From contig CAWANP010000018.1 in assembly GCA_963783445.1 (NCBI GenBank), positions 17,431 to 81,430 on the forward strand: a stretch of DNA of 64,000 bases. The letters are read 5' to 3'. Positions 60,807-64,000 of this stretch are shown piece after piece. The position numbers were made by a program, and so were the translations under genes. How positions within the stretch are numbered: the first letter of the stretch is position 1; each line of letters opens with the position of its first letter. Under the pieces are notes generated by a model that was given only the letters and a program-made list of their open reading frames with translations, did not search any database and was not told the DNA's origin. This DNA is from an uncultured Chloroflexia bacterium. Its GTDB lineage: Bacteria > Chloroflexota > Anaerolineae > JAAYZQ01.

Positions 60807-62810
60807 CTATTGGCCCATGGCGTCGAGCCAAGCTTGTTTGGCAACATCCAGAGTCTGTCGGGGTTGGCGGGGAAGTAGCCGACGTCGACGATTTCTTCGT
60901 TGACGTAGGTCAGGTAGAAGTTGATGAAAGCCGCCACCTGGGGCTTTTCCTGCATGATGCTGGCAGTGGAGTAGATGAACAACGGGCGGGCCAGGGGGTA
61001 GTCGCCGGCGTCCACACTCTCGGCGCCGTGGCCTCCACGCCTTCGATGTCGAGGATGGTCAGGGTATCCTCGTTCTCGACATAGTAGGCGTAGCCAAAGA
61101 AACCGACGGCGTAGGGGCTACCCAGCACACCCTGGACCAGGACGTTGTCGTCCTCGCTGAGCTGGGTGTTGGAGGCGTTGAGGATCGGTTCCTCGTTCTC
61201 ATCAAAGACCTCTTCGACAAAGAAGTCAAAGGTGCCGGAGTCGGTGCCGGGGATGAAGCGCTGGATGGGCTCGGCAGGCCAGTCGGGGTTGACGTCAGCC
61301 CAGGTCTCGGCGGTGCCGAAAAGATCGAGCCAGCTCCTCCAGGGAGGCGCCGGTGACAAAGTCGTTGTCCTTGCTGACGACGACGGCCAGGGCGTCGGTG
61401 CCGACGCGGATCTCGATGGGTTCGCGGCCGATGGCTCTGGCAGGACTCGACCTCAGAGTCCTTGATGGGGCGGCTGGCGTTGGAGATGTCGGTCTCGCCC
61501 TGGACGCAGAAGCGCTCAAAGCCGGCGCCGGAGCCGATGCTGTCGATGGTGATGTTGTCGGCGTAGCCTTCGTCCTGGAAGCGCTCGGCCATGCGCCTCA
61601 GAGAGCGGGAAGACGGTGGAGCTGCCGGCGGTGACAATGTCCCTGAAACCTCTAGGGGGTTCACTGGGGGCAGCGTAGACACCAGCCGATTGGTAGGGCG
61701 CGCTAAGGCTCCACCTATTGCGTCGAGCCAGGCCTGCTTGGCAGCCTTCGAAGGCTTCGGGGTTGGCGGGGAAGTAGCCGACGTCGCACGATCTCCTCGT
61801 TGACGTAGGTCAGGTAGAAGTTGATAAAGTCGGCCACCTGGGGCTTTTCCTGCATGATGCTGGCGGTCGAGTAGATGAACAGCGGGCGGGCCAGGGGGTA
61901 GTCGCCAGCGTCCACACTCTCGGCGGTGGCCTCAACGCCTTCGACGTCGAGGATGGTCAGGGTATCCTGCGTTCTCGACATAGTAGGCGTAGCCAAAGAA
62001 GCCGACGGCGTAGGGGCTACCCAGCGACACCCTGGACCAGGACGTTGTCGTCCTCGCTGAGCTGGGTGTTGGAGGCGTTGAGGATCGGCTCTTCGTTCTC
62101 ATCAAAGACCTCTTCGACAAAGAAGTCAAAGGTGCCGCTGTCGGTGCCGGGGATGAAGCGCTGGATGGGCTCGGCAGGCCAGTCGGGGTTGATATCAGCC
62201 CAGGTCTCGGCGGGCGCAAAGATCAGGGCCAGTTCCTCCATGGTAGGCGCCGGTGATGAAATCGTTGTCCTTGCTGACGACGATAGCCAGGGCATCGGTG
62301 CCAACGCGGAACTCGATGGGGTCGCGGCCGATGGCTCTGGCAGGACTCAACCTCAGAGTCCTTGATGGGGCGGCTGGCGTTGGAGATGTCGGTCTCGCCC
62401 TCGACGCAGAAACGCTCAAAGCCGGCGCCGGAGCCGATGCTGTCGATGGTGATGTTGTCAGCATAGCCTTCGTCCTGGAAGCGCTCGGCCATGGCCTCGG
62501 ACAGGGGGAAGACGGTGGAGCTGCCGGCGGTGACAATGTCGCCTGTCACCTCCAAGGGGTTCACTGCGGGAAGGGCCAGGACCTGAACCTCTTTGACCAC
62601 TTCCTTCTCGACGACGACTTCCTTCTCAACTTCTTGGGTCACGACGACTTTGACTTCCTCTGTGACCACTACCTCTTTCTCGACCTCCTGAGTGACGACG
62701 ACCTCGACGGTCTCCTTCACCACCTGGGGGGCTGGGGTTGGCTCGGCGCCGCCACATGCTGCAAGCAGAAGCATGGCGACCATCAGACTAACGAACAGAA
62801 TACGGCGCAT
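60807..62810 (-). CDS. pstS: Phosphate-binding lipoprotein PstS with two tandem PBP domains; frameshifts
   Basis: LLLAAC lipobox, VVKETVEV/VVTQEVEKEV linker, two copies (900-nt period) of AGSSTV.P...IGSGAGF.RFC...DALA.VV...SGTFDFF...SEDDN...GYAYY...YPLARPLF. Confidence 0.92.
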
Positions 62811-62875
62811 AGTTCACTCTCCTCCATTCACTCGTTGAATTGTGGCAAGCTCAAACGCCTTGGCTTGACACAGAG

Positions 62876-62952
62876 AGCATACCATGCTTGCGTTAACAAT
62901 CGGTCAACGACAAGTTAACAAATCGCTAAGAGGTTGTTAACACCATGTTAAC
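62876..62952 (-). promoter_or_regulatory. pstS promoter with a six-unit Pho-box-like array
   Basis: GTTAAC/GTCAAC/GTTAAC/GCTAAG/GTTAAC/GTTAAC at 62892, 62903, 62914, 62925, 62936 and 62947 (exact 11-bp period); TG-G-TATGCT extended -10 on the - strand, 10 nt away. Confidence 0.8.
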
Positions 62953-62960
62953 AACCCAAC

Positions 62961-63015
62961 CTTAACCAGACGTTAACAGGCTGCTAAAGGAACCTTAATA
63001 CAAGCAGGTTAGACT
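62961..63015 (+). promoter_or_regulatory. Divergent promoter with a four-unit Pho-box-like array
   Basis: CTTAAC/GTTAAC/GCTAAA/CTTAAT at 62961, 62972, 62983 and 62994 (11-bp period); TAGACT -10 at 63010-63015, 10 nt downstream. Confidence 0.7.
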
Positions 63016-63064
63016 GTTGATTGGGAGATATCTTGATGAGAGGTTCTGAACTGCGAGAGGAGAC

Positions 63065-63379
63065 ATGATCCGCAAACGATTGTCAGCCAATGGGAACAAA
63101 ATAGTTGTCACTTTTGAGATACCCGGTTCGGTCTGGGCCGACTGCATCCATCTCGTCGGTGACTTGAACGATTGGGATCGGGAGTGCTTGCCCCTGCGAC
63201 ATACCAGTGATGATGTCTGGCAGCTTGAGGTGGAGCTAGAGCCCGGGTGCGAGGTACACTTTCGCTACCTGGTGGACGGCGCTCACTGGCGGAGCGACCG
63301 TCACGCCGACGCCCACGTGACAGGAGACGATGGAGCTTGCGACTCGGTCGTTATTGCTCAACTGCCACAGGCAGCGTGA
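63065..63379 (+). CDS. Isoamylase early-set / CBM48-like glycogen-binding domain protein
   Basis: [25 protein letters not shown]....FRYLVDG.HW..D..AD; GAGGAG RBS. Confidence 0.85.
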   Translation: MIRKRLSANGNKIVVTFEIPGSVWADCIHLVGDLNDWDRECLPLRHTSDDVWQLEVELEPGCEVHFRYLVDGAHWRSDRHADAHVTGDDGACDSVVIAQLPQAA

Positions 63380-64000
63380 AAAAGAAGGTACTGCCCTCAC
63401 CTTCAACGCTTTCGGCCCAGATGCACCCGCCATGGCCCTGCACAACATGTTTGGCAATGGCCAACCCAAGGCCAGTACCTCCTCCGCTCCGCGCCTGGTC
63501 GGCCTTGTAGAAACGTTCAAATACCCGGGGTAGATCATCAGCCGGGATGCCCACACCTGTGTCTTTCACCGAAAAGAGTATCGTCTCTCCGCTGGGTTGG
63601 GCGCTCACGGTGATCTGTCCTCCCGGTGCTGTAAATTTGACGGCGTTGTGTATGAGGTTAGTGAGTGCCACACGCGCCGGCTCCACATCGGCCAGGACTG
63701 GAGGCAAGTCGGGTGGCAGATGGAACGTGAGTTCCTGCCCGGACCGCTCCGCCTGAGGGCGCAGGCGATCTACGGGTGGGATCACAACCTCGGATACCAA
63801 TGTTGGTGCCAGGCGTAGCGGGGCCTGCCTTGACTCGATGCGTGATAGCTCGAGCAACTCTTCCACCATCTGTGTCAGAGCGTCAACCTCAGTGTCCATG
63901 CGTTTCAGGAAGCGCTTGGCCGCAGGGCGGTCCTTGATCGCGCCGCCACGCAGGGTATCCACAAGGGCCTTGAGCCCGGCTAGGGGCGTGCGCAGCTCGT
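63351..64000 (-). CDS. phoR: PhoR-like sensor histidine kinase (C-terminal part; 5' end outside the window)
   Basis: ELRTPLA H-box, N-box [47 protein letters not shown]; adjacent to the pst operon. Confidence 0.85.
   Translation of the reverse strand, partial: ELRTPLAGLKALVDTLRGGAIKDRPAAKRFLKRMDTEVDALTQMVEELLELSRIESRQAPLRLAPTLVSEVVIPPVDRLRPQAERSGQELTFHLPPDLPPVLADVEPARVALTNLIHNAVKFTAPGGQITVSAQPSGETILFSVKDTGVGIPADDLPRVFERFYKADQARSGGGTGLGLAIAKHVVQGHGGCIWAESVEGEGSTFFFTLPVAVEQ

Overview
A 64 kb chromosomal window that is GC-rich in coding regions. It most resembles an Anaerolineae (Chloroflexota) genome, inferred from the Val/Glu/Thr-rich lipoprotein linkers, a C-terminal VFLPVVLK motif, a MalT-like LuxR/DUF6326 cluster, murE and a DHH-CBS tRNA nucleotidyltransferase. 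About 20 genes carry frameshifts, including housekeeping ones such as recD2 and pstB. This points to uncorrected long-read indels rather than real decay, so many genes below were stitched from several ORFs. Content in order: a membrane-protein/ADH/DUF6326 cluster with a MalT-like regulator; acyltransferase; NUDIX; a Tat-type 4Fe-4S plus AOR pair; PapA5-like acyltransferase; vapBC; DUF1848; an ABC-F gene behind a promoter-uORF-terminator leader; a TPR lipoprotein; a DUF433/DUF5615 toxin-antitoxin pair; murE; exonuclease, radical SAM and dynamin; pcm; a secreted Cys-loop propeller; a GcvT-family dehydrogenase; a 31-aa-repeat fibre-like protein; a secreted tandem OsmC; recD2; cca; ybaK; ubiB-like; amrB; priA; nitrilase; and a pstSCAB-arsC-phoU-phoU operon with Pho-box arrays and phoR at the edge. 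Top observations: (1) a small membrane protein with an in-frame TGA followed by a SECIS-like hairpin, a candidate new selenoprotein; (2) PstA carrying a circularly permuted PstS-like domain in the same operon as a tandem-duplicated PstS; (3) two mirror-image 11-bp-periodic Pho-box arrays that also point at a divergent CBM48-like gene; (4) an ABC-F attenuator. No rRNA, tRNA, CRISPR array or intact transposase was recognised.
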